Shown here one piece after another: positions 1 through 10,190 of a stretch of 64,000 bases of DNA. A program made the translations under genes and the position numbers. Origin of the DNA: an uncultured Fibrobacterota bacterium (lineage in GTDB: Bacteria; Fibrobacterota; Chitinivibrionia; Chitinivibrionales; CAYFVL01). The stretch covers positions 5,049 to 69,048 of the forward strand of contig CAZPHU010000003.1 in the NCBI GenBank assembly GCA_964586285.1, read 5' to 3'. The notes under the pieces are model-generated. The model ran no database searches, had not been told where the DNA came from, and saw only the letters and a program-made list of their open reading frames with translations. Position 1 is the first letter of the stretch, and the number at the start of each line of letters is the position of its first letter.

Positions 1-2
1 CT

Positions 3-98
3 GATACGGATGCGTCCATTGGTAAAGCTGTGGAAGTTATGGATCAGGCTTCTTTGGCTGGAGCCGAAAAGGTTTCAATAGCCGCTGAGCAGGATTAG
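3..98 (+). CDS. ExbD/TolR-family biopolymer transport protein, C-terminal fragment (gene begins upstream of the window)
   Basis: Frame 3 reads DTDASIGKAVEVMDQASLAGAEKVSIAAEQD then stop. This tail is typical of ExbD/TolR and lies directly upstream of a TonB-like gene. Confidence 0.5.
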   Translation, partial: DTDASIGKAVEVMDQASLAGAEKVSIAAEQD

Positions 99-156
99 GT
101 ACGTCATACCGCAAGCGAATATCAGCATACAAACAAACTATCCATTAGGTAAAAGT

Positions 157-786
157 ATGAACTTTTTAGCTCAATCCTTCATATATTTAATCAAAATCAT
201 GCTCGTGTTAACTATAAACATCACATTGTTTCTGGTAATTCCGGCAACTCATAATCTCTTTGGGATGTTCAAGGAGGAAAAGAAGGAAATAGTTCAACAG
301 AAAAAGGTTGTTGCCGAGCTGGTTAAACCCAAACCTAAACCCCAGGAGCAAAAACAACCACAACGTCTGCGATCTGTTTCAAATGCAAAATCTCAACCGA
401 TGCAAAGCAGAATGAAATTTGATTTTAAACCTGATCTCAGCGTTCAGGGTTCCGCGGGAGGAGTCGGAATGGAAAGCCGGGAGCTTCAAGCAGAGGTTTT
501 CGAGGAGGGTGAAGTTGATCAGAACGCGATCCCGGTCAAAGCTACTCAACCGGCCTATCCAAGTCGAGCCCGCGATCTAGCAATTGAGGGAACCGTTACG
601 ATAACTTTTGTAGTGGATGTCGATGGAAGAGTCGTTGAAATTGAAAATATTGATGCTCCGCATCAGAGTTTTGTGACTGAAGCCAGGAAAACCGTTTCAC
701 AATGGCGTTTTAGACCGGCACAGAATAAGGGCGTACCGGTTAAACAAAGGGTTAGAATCTCAATCGACTTTTCGCTTGATCAGTAG
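157..786 (+). CDS. tonB: Energy transducer TonB-like protein
   Basis: N-terminal TM helix, a Lys/Pro/Gln-rich spacer (KPKPKPQEQKQPQ) and a C-terminal TonB domain (YPSRARDLAIEGTVTITFVVDVDGRV...WRFRPAQNKGVPV). Confidence 0.8.
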   Translation: MNFLAQSFIYLIKIMLVLTINITLFLVIPATHNLFGMFKEEKKEIVQQKKVVAELVKPKPKPQEQKQPQRLRSVSNAKSQPMQSRMKFDFKPDLSVQGSAGGVGMESRELQAEVFEEGEVDQNAIPVKATQPAYPSRARDLAIEGTVTITFVVDVDGRVVEIENIDAPHQSFVTEARKTVSQWRFRPAQNKGVPVKQRVRISIDFSLDQ

Positions 787-792
787 GGAATT

Positions 793-1719
793 ATGAAGAT
801 ACAGACAGTTTTTTTAATTTTTCTTCTTCTGCCTTCGATAGTAACCGCAAGTCTTCTGGACAAAGCAAATGAGCTTTTTAAAGCCGGTAAAACTCTGGAG
901 GCAATAGATGCATATCGCCAAGCGGCTTTGGGTGGTGAAAACCCGGCGCTGTGCTATTTCAATATGGCAAATGCATACTATCAAATAGACAGCCTACCCC
1001 AATGCATCGTGTATTATAAGGCATGCCTGGGCTATGCACCAGATTATTTCCGTGCCCACCTTAACCTGGCAATCGCATATTATTCGCTCGATGATATCGG
1101 AGCTTGTGTTGCGGCGATTAACAGGGCGCTTTCCATCAAAGCCGATGACCAAAAGGCACTGTCTATCCTATCAGCAAGTTACAGGAAAGCAGGTGCTTAC
1201 CCCGAAGCCGTCGCCACATTCGAACGACTTGTTACATCTTACCCGGATCACGAAGAGGCATACATCGCGCTGGCGGAGATGTATCGGGAGCTGGAAGATC
1301 CCGATGCTGCAATCAATTGGCTTCTGAAGTATCCGGGGGCAGGAAGAAACGAGTCATACGTCCAGGTTCTTCTGGCCGACATCTTTGAATCTGAAAATGA
1401 CCTTGAGAAAGCTCTCTACTACTTGCAGCAGTCCTACGAAAAAGATTCCTCAAACAAGTGGGTTTTCTACAGAATTGTACTACTGCATCAAAAAATGGGA
1501 AATACCATGGTGGCCCTGGAGCAGGCAAAAAGAGGTGTAGAACTCATGCCTGACTTTGCCGAACTCAGTCTTTTTGCAGGAAATCTAGCATTTCAGTTGG
1601 AAAAATATGAAGAGGCTGAACGATACTACACAATCGCCAGAAATAATGGATCTGCAGGTGCAGTTGTCGGCCTGGAGAATATTCGTGTGATCCGCACTCA
1701 TTATGCCGAAAATGAGTAA
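793..1719 (+). CDS. Secreted TPR-repeat protein
   Basis: Signal peptide followed by repeated TPR-like A/Y/L patterns (ALCYFNMANAYYQ, AHLNLAIAYYSL, AYIALAEMYREL). It starts 6 nt after tonB, in the common exbBD-tonB-TPR arrangement. Confidence 0.75.
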   Translation: MKIQTVFLIFLLLPSIVTASLLDKANELFKAGKTLEAIDAYRQAALGGENPALCYFNMANAYYQIDSLPQCIVYYKACLGYAPDYFRAHLNLAIAYYSLDDIGACVAAINRALSIKADDQKALSILSASYRKAGAYPEAVATFERLVTSYPDHEEAYIALAEMYRELEDPDAAINWLLKYPGAGRNESYVQVLLADIFESENDLEKALYYLQQSYEKDSSNKWVFYRIVLLHQKMGNTMVALEQAKRGVELMPDFAELSLFAGNLAFQLEKYEEAERYYTIARNNGSAGAVVGLENIRVIRTHYAENE

Positions 1720-1794
1720 CCGCAAACAAAAAATGTAAACAGGGCTGAAATGTAATTCTTTTTATTTCAACAATTTACACTCTACATTTGCCCG

Positions 1795-1833
1795 CTAACA
1801 TAATCCTAACAATTCACACACACATTCCTAACA
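1795..1833 (+). promoter_or_regulatory. Pho-box-like array: hexamers phased every 11 bp upstream of pstS
   Basis: CTAACA at 1795, CTAACA at 1806, CACACA at 1817 and CTAACA at 1828 are spaced exactly 11, 11 and 11 bp apart. An AT-rich -10-like stretch (TATTTATACA) follows at about 1845-1854. Confidence 0.55.
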
Positions 1834-1975
1834 GTTGTGATGGATATTTATACACCATTTTAACTTAGACTTAATAATTCTTAAATAAGACCTCAATGCA
1901 ATATTCTGTAAAATGCACGAAAGGTTACGATTCCCTAACAAATTATCTTTGTTTAATATCAAAAGGAGGACAGTC

Positions 1976-3028
1976 ATGTCTCAAAGAATTAGCAAAAGGC
2001 TCATAACATGCGTAATTTCATGCATCTTATGCGTCTCATTTTTCGTTCATGCCCAAGATAATGAGCTTCTTGGAGCGGGAGCGACTTTTCCCTATCCTTT
2101 ATATTCGAAGATGTTTGATGTGTATAACAAACAGTACGGAGTAAAAGTAAACTATCAATCCATAGGTTCCGGAGGCGGGATCAGGCAGCTTGAAAGCAAA
2201 ACTGTCGATTTCGGTGCATCAGACGCCTTTATGACCGATAAAAAAATCGAAAGCCTCGAATCCGACATCATACACATTCCAACCTGCTTAGGAGCAGTAG
2301 TCGTTACTTACAACGTTCCCGGGAATCCTGAGTTAAAGATAACTCCGGATATCTTGGCGGATATTTTCCTGGGAAAAATCAAAAAATGGAACGATCCCAG
2401 AATTTCCGAAATCAATAGCGGGGTAAAACTTCCTAACCTGAAGATTATGATCGTTCATCGTTCAGACGGCAGTGGGACGACGTTTATTTTCACCGATTAT
2501 CTTGCTAAGATCAGCAGTGCTTGGAAAGAAAAAGTGGGCGTGGGTAAATCAATAAAGTGGCCCACCGGACTTGGCGCTAAGGGTAACGAGGGTGTAAGCG
2601 GAATGGTAAAGCAGGTCAAAGGAAGTATAGGATATTGTGAACTTGCCTACGCTCTTCATAACAATATGCCTACCGCAAAGATCAAAAACAGCAGCGGCAA
2701 CTTTATCAAGCCTCAAATCAGTTCGATCAGCGCCGCCGCCAACGCCGAAATTCCTTCACACACACGGGTATCTGTGACTAATACCGACGCCCCTGAGGGG
2801 TATCCAATTTCAAGTTTTACTTGGATTCTGTTGTACAAAGAGCAAAACTATAATAAGCGCAGCAAAGAGAAGGCAAACACTCTGGTAAATTTACTGTGGT
2901 GGATGTTACATGACGGTCAGAAATATGCTGAACCGCTGGATTATGCTCCATTATCCAAGAAGGCGGTTGAAAAAGCCGAAACTCTTTTAAAATCTGTAAC
3001 TTATGATGGTAAACCGATAAAAGAATAA
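1976..3028 (+). CDS. pstS: Phosphate ABC transporter substrate-binding protein PstS
   Basis: Motifs GAGATFPYPLY, SIGSGGGI and RSDGSGTT, plus a signal peptide. The ATG at 1976 is preceded by AAAGGAGG, so the ORF-track start at 1913 is probably too long. Confidence 0.92.
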   Translation: MSQRISKRLITCVISCILCVSFFVHAQDNELLGAGATFPYPLYSKMFDVYNKQYGVKVNYQSIGSGGGIRQLESKTVDFGASDAFMTDKKIESLESDIIHIPTCLGAVVVTYNVPGNPELKITPDILADIFLGKIKKWNDPRISEINSGVKLPNLKIMIVHRSDGSGTTFIFTDYLAKISSAWKEKVGVGKSIKWPTGLGAKGNEGVSGMVKQVKGSIGYCELAYALHNNMPTAKIKNSSGNFIKPQISSISAAANAEIPSHTRVSVTNTDAPEGYPISSFTWILLYKEQNYNKRSKEKANTLVNLLWWMLHDGQKYAEPLDYAPLSKKAVEKAETLLKSVTYDGKPIKE

Positions 3029-3040
3029 AAATATAAAAAA

Positions 3041-3071
3041 GGTGAGAAACAAGAAGGTTTCTCACCTTTTT
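3041..3071 (+). terminator. Rho-independent terminator after pstS
   Basis: Perfect 10-bp stem GGTGAGAAAC / GTTTCTCACC with the 6-nt loop AAGAAG, followed by TTTTT. Confidence 0.8.
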
Positions 3072-3187
3072 ACCAAATTTTAGTACCTTATTTCCGAAAG
3101 GAAAACCGAATGTAGCTTGTTTGTCGTTACGTTTCTCGGGAGGTGAGAGACCCCGGGAATTAATTACGAGAGAGAGGAGAGAAAATA

Positions 3188-4123
3188 ATGACAGAGAATT
3201 TTATTTGTGGCACTTTTGCCACGATGGTGCTCGTTGCGTCCATTTTTGCCGATGTGACTGTAAATTCAAGTATTGCCCTTCAGGCAGGTAAAAAAAGCGA
3301 ATCATCCACAGAAAGTACTGTGGATAAAAGCTTTATCCGTGGTGAGGTCAAACTTGCGGCGGTAACGGAAAAAGATGTAAATGGACTCTTACATCTTCGA
3401 CTACAAACAGATCTTTCCGAGTCCCGAGGTGTCCTAACACAGGTCCGTCAGGGTTATTTTACCATTCCACTACCGTTTATATCATCTCAGATAGGTCGAT
3501 GGTATGAGATCTATTCGCCGGGAAAATACTTCGGTCCTTACCTTTTTGGAGTAAATCGATTGGGTTCCGGTTCATTTAAGACCAATTATACGGTTGTTGA
3601 CGGCCTTATGCTTTCGATTCCGATACTCGAAAAAGCAAAAACCATCTTCCATGCAGCCCTTTTACCTGAGACTTTCGATTTTGAAGATACATATGCCATG
3701 TTTCGCGTTTTTTCTCAACCATTTGATCAATTCTCCTTGAATTTGGCGACAAATTTTCATATAGTCTCTGAGGATGATGGTGTTCATAGAATGGTTCTTA
3801 CCTCCGAATATAGCGTCTTGGATAATTTATCCATTTTTGCCGAATACGCAATTTTGGATTTATCCGAAGTCGGCGAAAATTCATGGATACTTGCAGGCAT
3901 TGATTTGCCGACCGCCGGTATTCTCAATAGTCTAAGCGTGGAATTTGAAATCAAACAGGACAGATCGGAAGAATATGCGCCCGATTTCGCCTGGATGATC
4001 TTACTAGGCAAAAAATACAGAGGCATATCCTTTGACGTTGCGGGCGGAGCTGATCCTCGTGGACTAGGTTCTGAAAATGCGGCTGATGTAGGCGGTTATA
4101 TCCGGATTTCATCAAAATTCTAG
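3188..4123 (+). CDS. Putative outer-membrane beta-barrel (porin-like) protein embedded in the pst locus
   Basis: N-terminal signal-like segment, alternating hydrophobic pattern, and the C-terminal YIRISSKF ending in Phe, which is an OMP signature. I recognised no family motif. Strong RBS GAGAGGAGAG. Confidence 0.5.
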   Translation: MTENFICGTFATMVLVASIFADVTVNSSIALQAGKKSESSTESTVDKSFIRGEVKLAAVTEKDVNGLLHLRLQTDLSESRGVLTQVRQGYFTIPLPFISSQIGRWYEIYSPGKYFGPYLFGVNRLGSGSFKTNYTVVDGLMLSIPILEKAKTIFHAALLPETFDFEDTYAMFRVFSQPFDQFSLNLATNFHIVSEDDGVHRMVLTSEYSVLDNLSIFAEYAILDLSEVGENSWILAGIDLPTAGILNSLSVEFEIKQDRSEEYAPDFAWMILLGKKYRGISFDVAGGADPRGLGSENAADVGGYIRISSKF

Positions 4124-4173
4124 TTTTTTGACATACATCTTTATGTTCGCCTCGTTTTGAAATATTTTGTAAG

Positions 4174-4201
4174 ATAGCACATTCTTAACATTCGCCTAAT
4201 A
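4174..4201 (+). promoter_or_regulatory. Second Pho-box-like array upstream of pstC
   Basis: ATAGCA at 4174, TTAACA at 4185 and CTAATA at 4196 are again phased at 11 bp and resemble the CTAACA hexamers upstream of pstS. Confidence 0.4.
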
Positions 4202-4297
4202 ATATCCGAATATTTATTACTGATTTTAAATAGTTGCGGGCCTTATTATGAGCATATTGTTAGGACCTGCCTTATAGAAACCGGTTTTAAGAAAGTC

Positions 4298-5263
4298 TTG
4301 AATATTATGGAAAAAAGTGGGACATACTCTCCTACTGCTACTGTCGAAGGAATGAACGCATCCAAAGCCTCTAAACGTGTAAAACAGAAATTCGCCCTTG
4401 GTGAAAGTATCTTCAATAAGACCCTGACAGGTTCTGCATGGTTGATGCTTTTCTTGTTGGGTGGGATATTTGTTACTCTTCTGTGGGGTTCTCGACTATC
4501 CCTTTCTCAGTTTGGATTTGGGTTTCTGATTTCTGAAGAATGGAATCCCGTTAATTCAGAATTTGGTGCCCTTCCATTTATAATTGGTACTCTGATAACT
4601 TCTTTCCTTGCGGTAGTTATCTCTATTCCTTTCTCTATTGCGATAGCTCTTTTTCTGGGTGAGTATTACAAAAGAGGACCTATATCCAATCTCCTTCGTA
4701 GTATGATAGAACTTCTTGCCGGTATACCTTCGGTAATATACGGATTTTGGGCACTGTTTTTTTTGGTACCTATCATCCGCGAGTTTCAGATGATGATTGG
4801 AGTGCCGCCTTATGGGGTAGGAATTCTGAGTGCTTCCATCATTCTGGCCATAATGGTCATTCCATATTCGGCATCGGTATCTCGAGAAGTGATAAGTATG
4901 GTGCCTACAAGTCTCAAAGAAGCCGCCTATTCCCTTGGGTCTACTCGCTTTGAAGTTATAAAAGACATTGTCATCCCCTATGCCCGTTCCGGTATTGCAG
5001 CAGGTATCCTGCTTGCCCTTGGAAGAGCATTGGGGGAAACTATGGCTGTGACAATGGTGATAGGTAATCGAAATGCAATCCCTGAAAGTCTTTTCGCTCC
5101 AGGCAATACGATGGCGAGTATTATTGCCAATGAATTCACCGAGGCAACAGAGGCTATCTACCTTTCCGCTCTTATGGAAATAGGCCTTGTACTATTTGTC
5201 ATATCCATGATCATTAACATAATTGGTAAGTTGGTAATTCATCGTTTTGACAAAGTAAATTAA
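4298..5263 (+). CDS. pstC: Phosphate ABC transporter permease PstC
   Basis: Multi-TM permease with the EAA-type loop (SLKEAAYSLGSTRFEVIKDIVIPYARSG). The first ATG in frame is at 4307. Confidence 0.9.
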   Translation: MNIMEKSGTYSPTATVEGMNASKASKRVKQKFALGESIFNKTLTGSAWLMLFLLGGIFVTLLWGSRLSLSQFGFGFLISEEWNPVNSEFGALPFIIGTLITSFLAVVISIPFSIAIALFLGEYYKRGPISNLLRSMIELLAGIPSVIYGFWALFFLVPIIREFQMMIGVPPYGVGILSASIILAIMVIPYSASVSREVISMVPTSLKEAAYSLGSTRFEVIKDIVIPYARSGIAAGILLALGRALGETMAVTMVIGNRNAIPESLFAPGNTMASIIANEFTEATEAIYLSALMEIGLVLFVISMIINIIGKLVIHRFDKVN

Positions 5264-5273
5264 CGGATAAAAC

Positions 5274-6173
5274 ATGAAAAAGTCCAAAGAGAAATCTATA
5301 AACGAACAAGACGCTCAACATAGGTCAAAGGCCATCCGGCGTGTTCGGATCAGGCGTAACTGGGATTACGTCTTCTATTCATTGGTTTTAATCTTCTGTA
5401 TACTGGCCATTCTGCCTCTGTTTTTGATATTCTTCAATATCGCCCGTCAGGGAATAAGCACAATAAACTGGAACTTTTTTGTAAGCCTCCCTAAACCAGT
5501 CGGGGAGATTGGCGGAGGGATTGCCAATGCGATCAGCGGATCGGCAATGCTTGTGGGTATGGCATGTATTTTCGCCCTGCCTATAGGAGTTGCTGTTGGA
5601 GTTTATCTTGCTGAGATTAGAAATAAGTTCAGTCATGCGGTACGATTGTCAATGGAGGTTTTACAGGGAATACCATCGATTGTAATTGGTATAGTTGCAT
5701 ATCTTTGGGTAGTTCGTCCGATGGGCGGTTTTTCCGCTTTCTCAGGCTCTATCGCTTTGGCCATAATGATGCTTCCGGTTGTCGTACGCACGACAGAAGA
5801 AACGCTTCGTCTAATACCTGCTTCACTTAAAGAAGCGTCCCTGGCACTTGGTGCACCGTATTATCTGACGGTGCTGCGGGTCGTACTACCCGCCGGATTG
5901 AGCGGTATTGTAACCGGTGTACTCATAAGCATTGCACGAATTGCCGGAGAAACAGCTCCCCTTCTGTTTACCGCGTTTGGAAATCCACATATGAATTTGG
6001 ATCCAATGAAACCGGTGCATTCACTGCCGCTTATCATATTCAACTATGCTATCAGTCCATATGAAGATTGGCATTCTCTGGCATGGGGAGCATCGTTTGT
6101 GCTTATCGTTTTTGTTTTTTGCCTTAATCTTCTTTCAAAATTAATAGCTCGTCGATGGTCTGTTGAGTTCTAG
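5274..6173 (+). CDS. pstA: Phosphate ABC transporter permease PstA
   Basis: Multi-TM permease with SLKEASLALGAPYYLTVLRVVLP. It starts 10 nt after pstC. Confidence 0.9.
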   Translation: MKKSKEKSINEQDAQHRSKAIRRVRIRRNWDYVFYSLVLIFCILAILPLFLIFFNIARQGISTINWNFFVSLPKPVGEIGGGIANAISGSAMLVGMACIFALPIGVAVGVYLAEIRNKFSHAVRLSMEVLQGIPSIVIGIVAYLWVVRPMGGFSAFSGSIALAIMMLPVVVRTTEETLRLIPASLKEASLALGAPYYLTVLRVVLPAGLSGIVTGVLISIARIAGETAPLLFTAFGNPHMNLDPMKPVHSLPLIIFNYAISPYEDWHSLAWGASFVLIVFVFCLNLLSKLIARRWSVEF

Positions 6174-6197
6174 TTATCGATAGGAGAGTATTTAGTA

Positions 6198-6881
6198 ATG
6201 AAACATTCGGTATTTATTGTCGAAGATGAAGAAGATATATTGGAACTGGTTGCTTATAATCTGACCCGTGAAGGCTATCAGGTGCAGGGGTTTACAAGCG
6301 GCGAACAGGCACTTTCGCATTTGAGGACTCATAATACCGATTGCATCGTTCTGGATTTGATGCTGCCGGGCATGGACGGCCTGGAAGTATGCAAAACCAT
6401 TCGAAATACTCCCGAGACCAAGAACATACCAATCGTGATGCTGACGGCAAAGGGTGAAGAGGCTGATATTGTTACCGGTTTGGAACTTGGTGCCGATGAT
6501 TACATCGTAAAACCATTTAGTCCTCGTATTTTGATCGCAAGGGTTAGAGCCGTTCTTCGTCGCAGACAACGTACAATCGCAGACGAAAGGCATCCAATCA
6601 GAATAAACAATTTGGAAATACACCCGGGTAGACACGAGGTTTTAATTAACAACGAACCTATTCAGTTGACTTCTTCGGAATTCAGAGCCTTGCATTACCT
6701 GGCAGGCAAGCCGGGATGGGTATTTACAAGATACCAAATTGTAGAAGCCGTTCATGGGAGTAATTACCCGGTTACAGACAGAAGCGTAGATGTTCTTATC
6801 GTAGGATTGAGAAAAAAACTTGGCGATGCCGGGGGGCATATCGAAACCGTTCGCGGTATAGGCTATCGCTTTAAGGAGTAG
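6198..6881 (+). CDS. phoB: OmpR/PhoB-family response regulator
   Basis: REC domain (IVEDEEDI...VLDLMLPGMDG...MLTAKG) followed by a winged-helix domain (VDVLIVGLRKKL...IETVRGIGYRF). The gene sits inside the pst locus. Confidence 0.88.
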   Translation: MKHSVFIVEDEEDILELVAYNLTREGYQVQGFTSGEQALSHLRTHNTDCIVLDLMLPGMDGLEVCKTIRNTPETKNIPIVMLTAKGEEADIVTGLELGADDYIVKPFSPRILIARVRAVLRRRQRTIADERHPIRINNLEIHPGRHEVLINNEPIQLTSSEFRALHYLAGKPGWVFTRYQIVEAVHGSNYPVTDRSVDVLIVGLRKKLGDAGGHIETVRGIGYRFKE

Positions 6882-6890
6882 TATATACAC

Positions 6891-8696
6891 ATGCAAAAAA
6901 AGCCGTTTTTCTGGCATATCTTTCCCTCATTTCTTCTAATTACAATAATCGCAAGCGCTGCAATAGTTATATATGCCAATCATGCTTTGCGCTCTCTACT
7001 ATATGAGCGAACAGTGGATGATTTAAAAACACGTGCCTACCTTCTAAAGCACCAACTGCAACAGGCCCGTGCCGACAGTCTTATAGATATTGATTCGGTT
7101 GCTAAATTTATAGGTGCGCGAACAAACACCAGAATCACAATGATTCTCCCATCAGGAAAAGTTGTTGCCGATTCCGATGAAAACCCGGCGTTAATGGATA
7201 ATCATGCGGACCGGCCGGAAATCCGTCAAGCGCTTTCAGGAGACACCGGTGTAGCGACTCGTTTCAGTGCTACATTGTCACATGATTTAGTGTATGTAGC
7301 TATTCCCATAATGCAAATTGATCATCTGTCGGGCGTCCTTCGCGTTTCGTTACCCGTTTTTGATATAACAGAAGCGATATCAGGAACTTTTTCACGAATA
7401 CTTATTACCGGCTCTATTGTTGTTATTCTCTCAGTGCTTGCAAGTATTGCCCTTTCCAGACGCCTGAGTCGTCCGCTGGAGGAATTACGTATGGGGGCGC
7501 AAAAATTCGCTCGCGGAGATCTGACAATGCGGCTTGCCACTCCGGATACACTCGAAAGTGCTCAGCTTGCCGAAGCCATGAATACAATGGCCCAGCAACT
7601 TGACGAACGAATTCGGACTATTACTCGCCAGCGAAATGAACAGGATGCGATACTTGCCGCCATGGTGGAAGGGGTTATAGCCATCGACAATGAGGAGCAT
7701 ATAATCACCGTGAACGACGCGGCCGCAAACATGCTCGGTAAAGAACCAATAGATATCGTCCAACGATGGATTCAGGAAGCCATTCTTGATATTGGTTTAC
7801 AACGTTTCATTCAATCACTATTAAAGGAGCGTATTCCCCGCGAACAGGAAATCACCCTGTTTCAAAATGGTAAAGAGCGGGATTTGCAAGTAAATGGAAC
7901 CATGCTAAAGGGGTCGCGCGGCAGTATCAAAGGAGTACTTGTAGTTCTTCATGACGTTACCACTCTTAAACGCCTTCAGAACATTCGTAAAGATTTCGTA
8001 GCCAACGTTTCTCATGAGCTGCGAACTCCCCTGACATCAATAAAGGGCTTCGTTGAAACTCTTTTGGACGGCACAATGAATGAACCCAAGCAACTAGAGC
8101 GCTTTCTCACCATCATAGCAAACCATGTTAACAGACTTAATGCGATTATTGAGGATCTGATGACGCTAAGCCGCCTCGAAAAGGGTAAAGTTGATGAGAA
8201 GGTAACGTTACAGCCGACTAAATTAGATCCGATCATTTGTGATGCCGTTGACGTTTGTTCCGCTAAAGCTGCTCAGAGTAAAATTACAATAGGTATAGAA
8301 GGTGAAAAAGGGCTAACCGCCCGGTGTAATGCGTCTCTTTTCGAACAGGCGATTATTAATTTAGTGGATAACGCTGTGAAATACAGCCCTCCCGACAGTC
8401 ATGTCAAAATTACCTGCACTCGCAAAAATGGGGAAATAGGCATTTCGGTCATTGACCAGGGACACGGCATTGAGGCCCAGCATTTGCCACGTCTTTTCGA
8501 GCGTTTTTACCGAATCGATAAAGCCCGAAGTCGAAAAATGGGCGGTACCGGACTTGGGCTTGCAATAGTTAAGCATATTATGCATGTTCACCACGGCTCA
8601 ATTACAGTCGAAAGTGAATTAGGAAAAGGATCAATATTTACATTGCTTTTGCCGACCGGCACGGAGTTAAAAAGCATGATTAAGGAGAGTGCATGA
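6891..8696 (+). CDS. phoR: PhoR-like sensor histidine kinase with an extracytoplasmic domain
   Basis: Two TM helices flank an extracytoplasmic segment of about 140 aa. These are followed by HAMP, PAS, HisKA ([11 protein letters not shown]) and HATPase_c ([10 protein letters not shown]) domains. The stop overlaps the pstB start (ATGA at 8693-8696). Confidence 0.85.
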   Translation: MQKKPFFWHIFPSFLLITIIASAAIVIYANHALRSLLYERTVDDLKTRAYLLKHQLQQARADSLIDIDSVAKFIGARTNTRITMILPSGKVVADSDENPALMDNHADRPEIRQALSGDTGVATRFSATLSHDLVYVAIPIMQIDHLSGVLRVSLPVFDITEAISGTFSRILITGSIVVILSVLASIALSRRLSRPLEELRMGAQKFARGDLTMRLATPDTLESAQLAEAMNTMAQQLDERIRTITRQRNEQDAILAAMVEGVIAIDNEEHIITVNDAAANMLGKEPIDIVQRWIQEAILDIGLQRFIQSLLKERIPREQEITLFQNGKERDLQVNGTMLKGSRGSIKGVLVVLHDVTTLKRLQNIRKDFVANVSHELRTPLTSIKGFVETLLDGTMNEPKQLERFLTIIANHVNRLNAIIEDLMTLSRLEKGKVDEKVTLQPTKLDPIICDAVDVCSAKAAQSKITIGIEGEKGLTARCNASLFEQAIINLVDNAVKYSPPDSHVKITCTRKNGEIGISVIDQGHGIEAQHLPRLFERFYRIDKARSRKMGGTGLGLAIVKHIMHVHHGSITVESELGKGSIFTLLLPTGTELKSMIKESA

Positions 8697-9469
8697 GTGA
8701 AGAAAACATTAAAACAACTGTCAAAATAAGTACTAAAAATCTGGATTTCTTTTACGGTAATTCACAAGCTCTTTTCAACATTTCGCTTGACATGCCCGCA
8801 AATCGTGTTACCGCGCTTATAGGTCCGTCCGGGTGCGGCAAATCCACCTTTTTACGCGTACTGAACCGAATGAATGACATCATCGGCAATACACATGTAA
8901 AAGGAACGGTTCTTATTGACAATAAAAATATCTATGACGGTACTTCTGATGTTGTACTTTTACGTAAACGGATAGGTATGGTTTTTCAAAAGTCAACACC
9001 GTTTCCAAAATCTACATTCGACAACGTCGCATTCGGCCCTCGTATTCACGGTATACGTAATAAGGCGCAGCTGGAGGAACTTGTCGAGAAAAGTTTGCGT
9101 AAGGCCGCACTCTGGGAAGAGGTTAAAGACAGATTGACCAAAAGTGCAATGGGTTTGTCCGGCGGCCAGCAGCAAAGACTTTGTATTGCGAGGGCGCTTG
9201 CTGTTGAACCGGAAATCCTTCTAATGGATGAACCAGCTTCGGCCCTTGACCCGCGATCAACCGCTCGTATAGAAGACCTGATTGCCGAATTGCGCGATGC
9301 TTATACAATAGTAATTGTAACCCATAATATGCAGCAGGCATCACGTGTTTCAGACATAACCGCATTCTTTTATGAAGGTAAAATGGTAGAAAGTGGATCA
9401 ACCGAAAAGATTTTCACACACCCTAATAAAAAACAGACTGAAGATTATATCACCGGACGTTTTGGATAG
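8693..9469 (+). CDS. pstB: Phosphate ABC transporter ATP-binding protein PstB
   Basis: Walker [13 protein letters not shown] signature LSGGQQQRL and Walker [12 protein letters not shown]. Confidence 0.93.
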   Translation: MSEENIKTTVKISTKNLDFFYGNSQALFNISLDMPANRVTALIGPSGCGKSTFLRVLNRMNDIIGNTHVKGTVLIDNKNIYDGTSDVVLLRKRIGMVFQKSTPFPKSTFDNVAFGPRIHGIRNKAQLEELVEKSLRKAALWEEVKDRLTKSAMGLSGGQQQRLCIARALAVEPEILLMDEPASALDPRSTARIEDLIAELRDAYTIVIVTHNMQQASRVSDITAFFYEGKMVESGSTEKIFTHPNKKQTEDYITGRFG

Positions 9470-9514
9470 CTGGAAAATTAATTACTGACGCACGTTAAAG
9501 GGAGAGATGTTTAA

Positions 9515-10186
9515 ATGACTCTAATAATGCAAAAAGAAGTTGAAAAGTTGAAGAAGGCCTTGCTGACCTTATGCGCTCTTGTTGCAAAAAATGTATCTCA
9601 ATCAGTTAAGGCAGTTCAACAGCGCGATGCGGACACTGCTTATACCGTCATGAAAAGTGACGCAGATATAGACAAAATGGAAATCGAAGTCGAGGAGGAG
9701 TGTCTGAAAATACTTGCCCTTCACCAACCCGTTGCAGTGGATCTAAGATTCATCATTTCAGTAATGAAAATAAACAATGATTTAGAGAGAGTCGGAGATT
9801 TGGCTGTCAATATCGCGGAAAATGCAGTTGCTCTTTCAAAACTCAACAAATCAAGCTCCCCCTTCGACCTTTCCGGAATGAGCGAAATAGTGATCGATAT
9901 GCTCAACAAGAGCATAGATGCTTTGATAAAAATGGATACCGGACTCGCCCGCCTGGTATGCTCAATGGATGACAGCGTTGACGCGATTAATCGTGTAATG
10001 TATACAAATGTCAAAAAATGTATTCTCTCCAGACCCGATGAAATTGACTGCCTTGTTCATTATCTTTCGATATCGCGTCATCTTGAACGAATCGGCGATC
10101 ATGCTACCAACATATCAGAGGATATCATTTATATGAATAGCGGGGAAATTATCAGACACAAACGGGGTGCAAATGAACCTGAATGA
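9515..10186 (+). CDS. phoU: Phosphate signalling complex protein PhoU
   Basis: Two PhoU repeats carrying ERVGDLAVNIAE and ERIGDHATNISE. Confidence 0.9.
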   Translation: MTLIMQKEVEKLKKALLTLCALVAKNVSQSVKAVQQRDADTAYTVMKSDADIDKMEIEVEEECLKILALHQPVAVDLRFIISVMKINNDLERVGDLAVNIAENAVALSKLNKSSSPFDLSGMSEIVIDMLNKSIDALIKMDTGLARLVCSMDDSVDAINRVMYTNVKKCILSRPDEIDCLVHYLSISRHLERIGDHATNISEDIIYMNSGEIIRHKRGANEPE

Positions 10187-10190
10187 GTTT

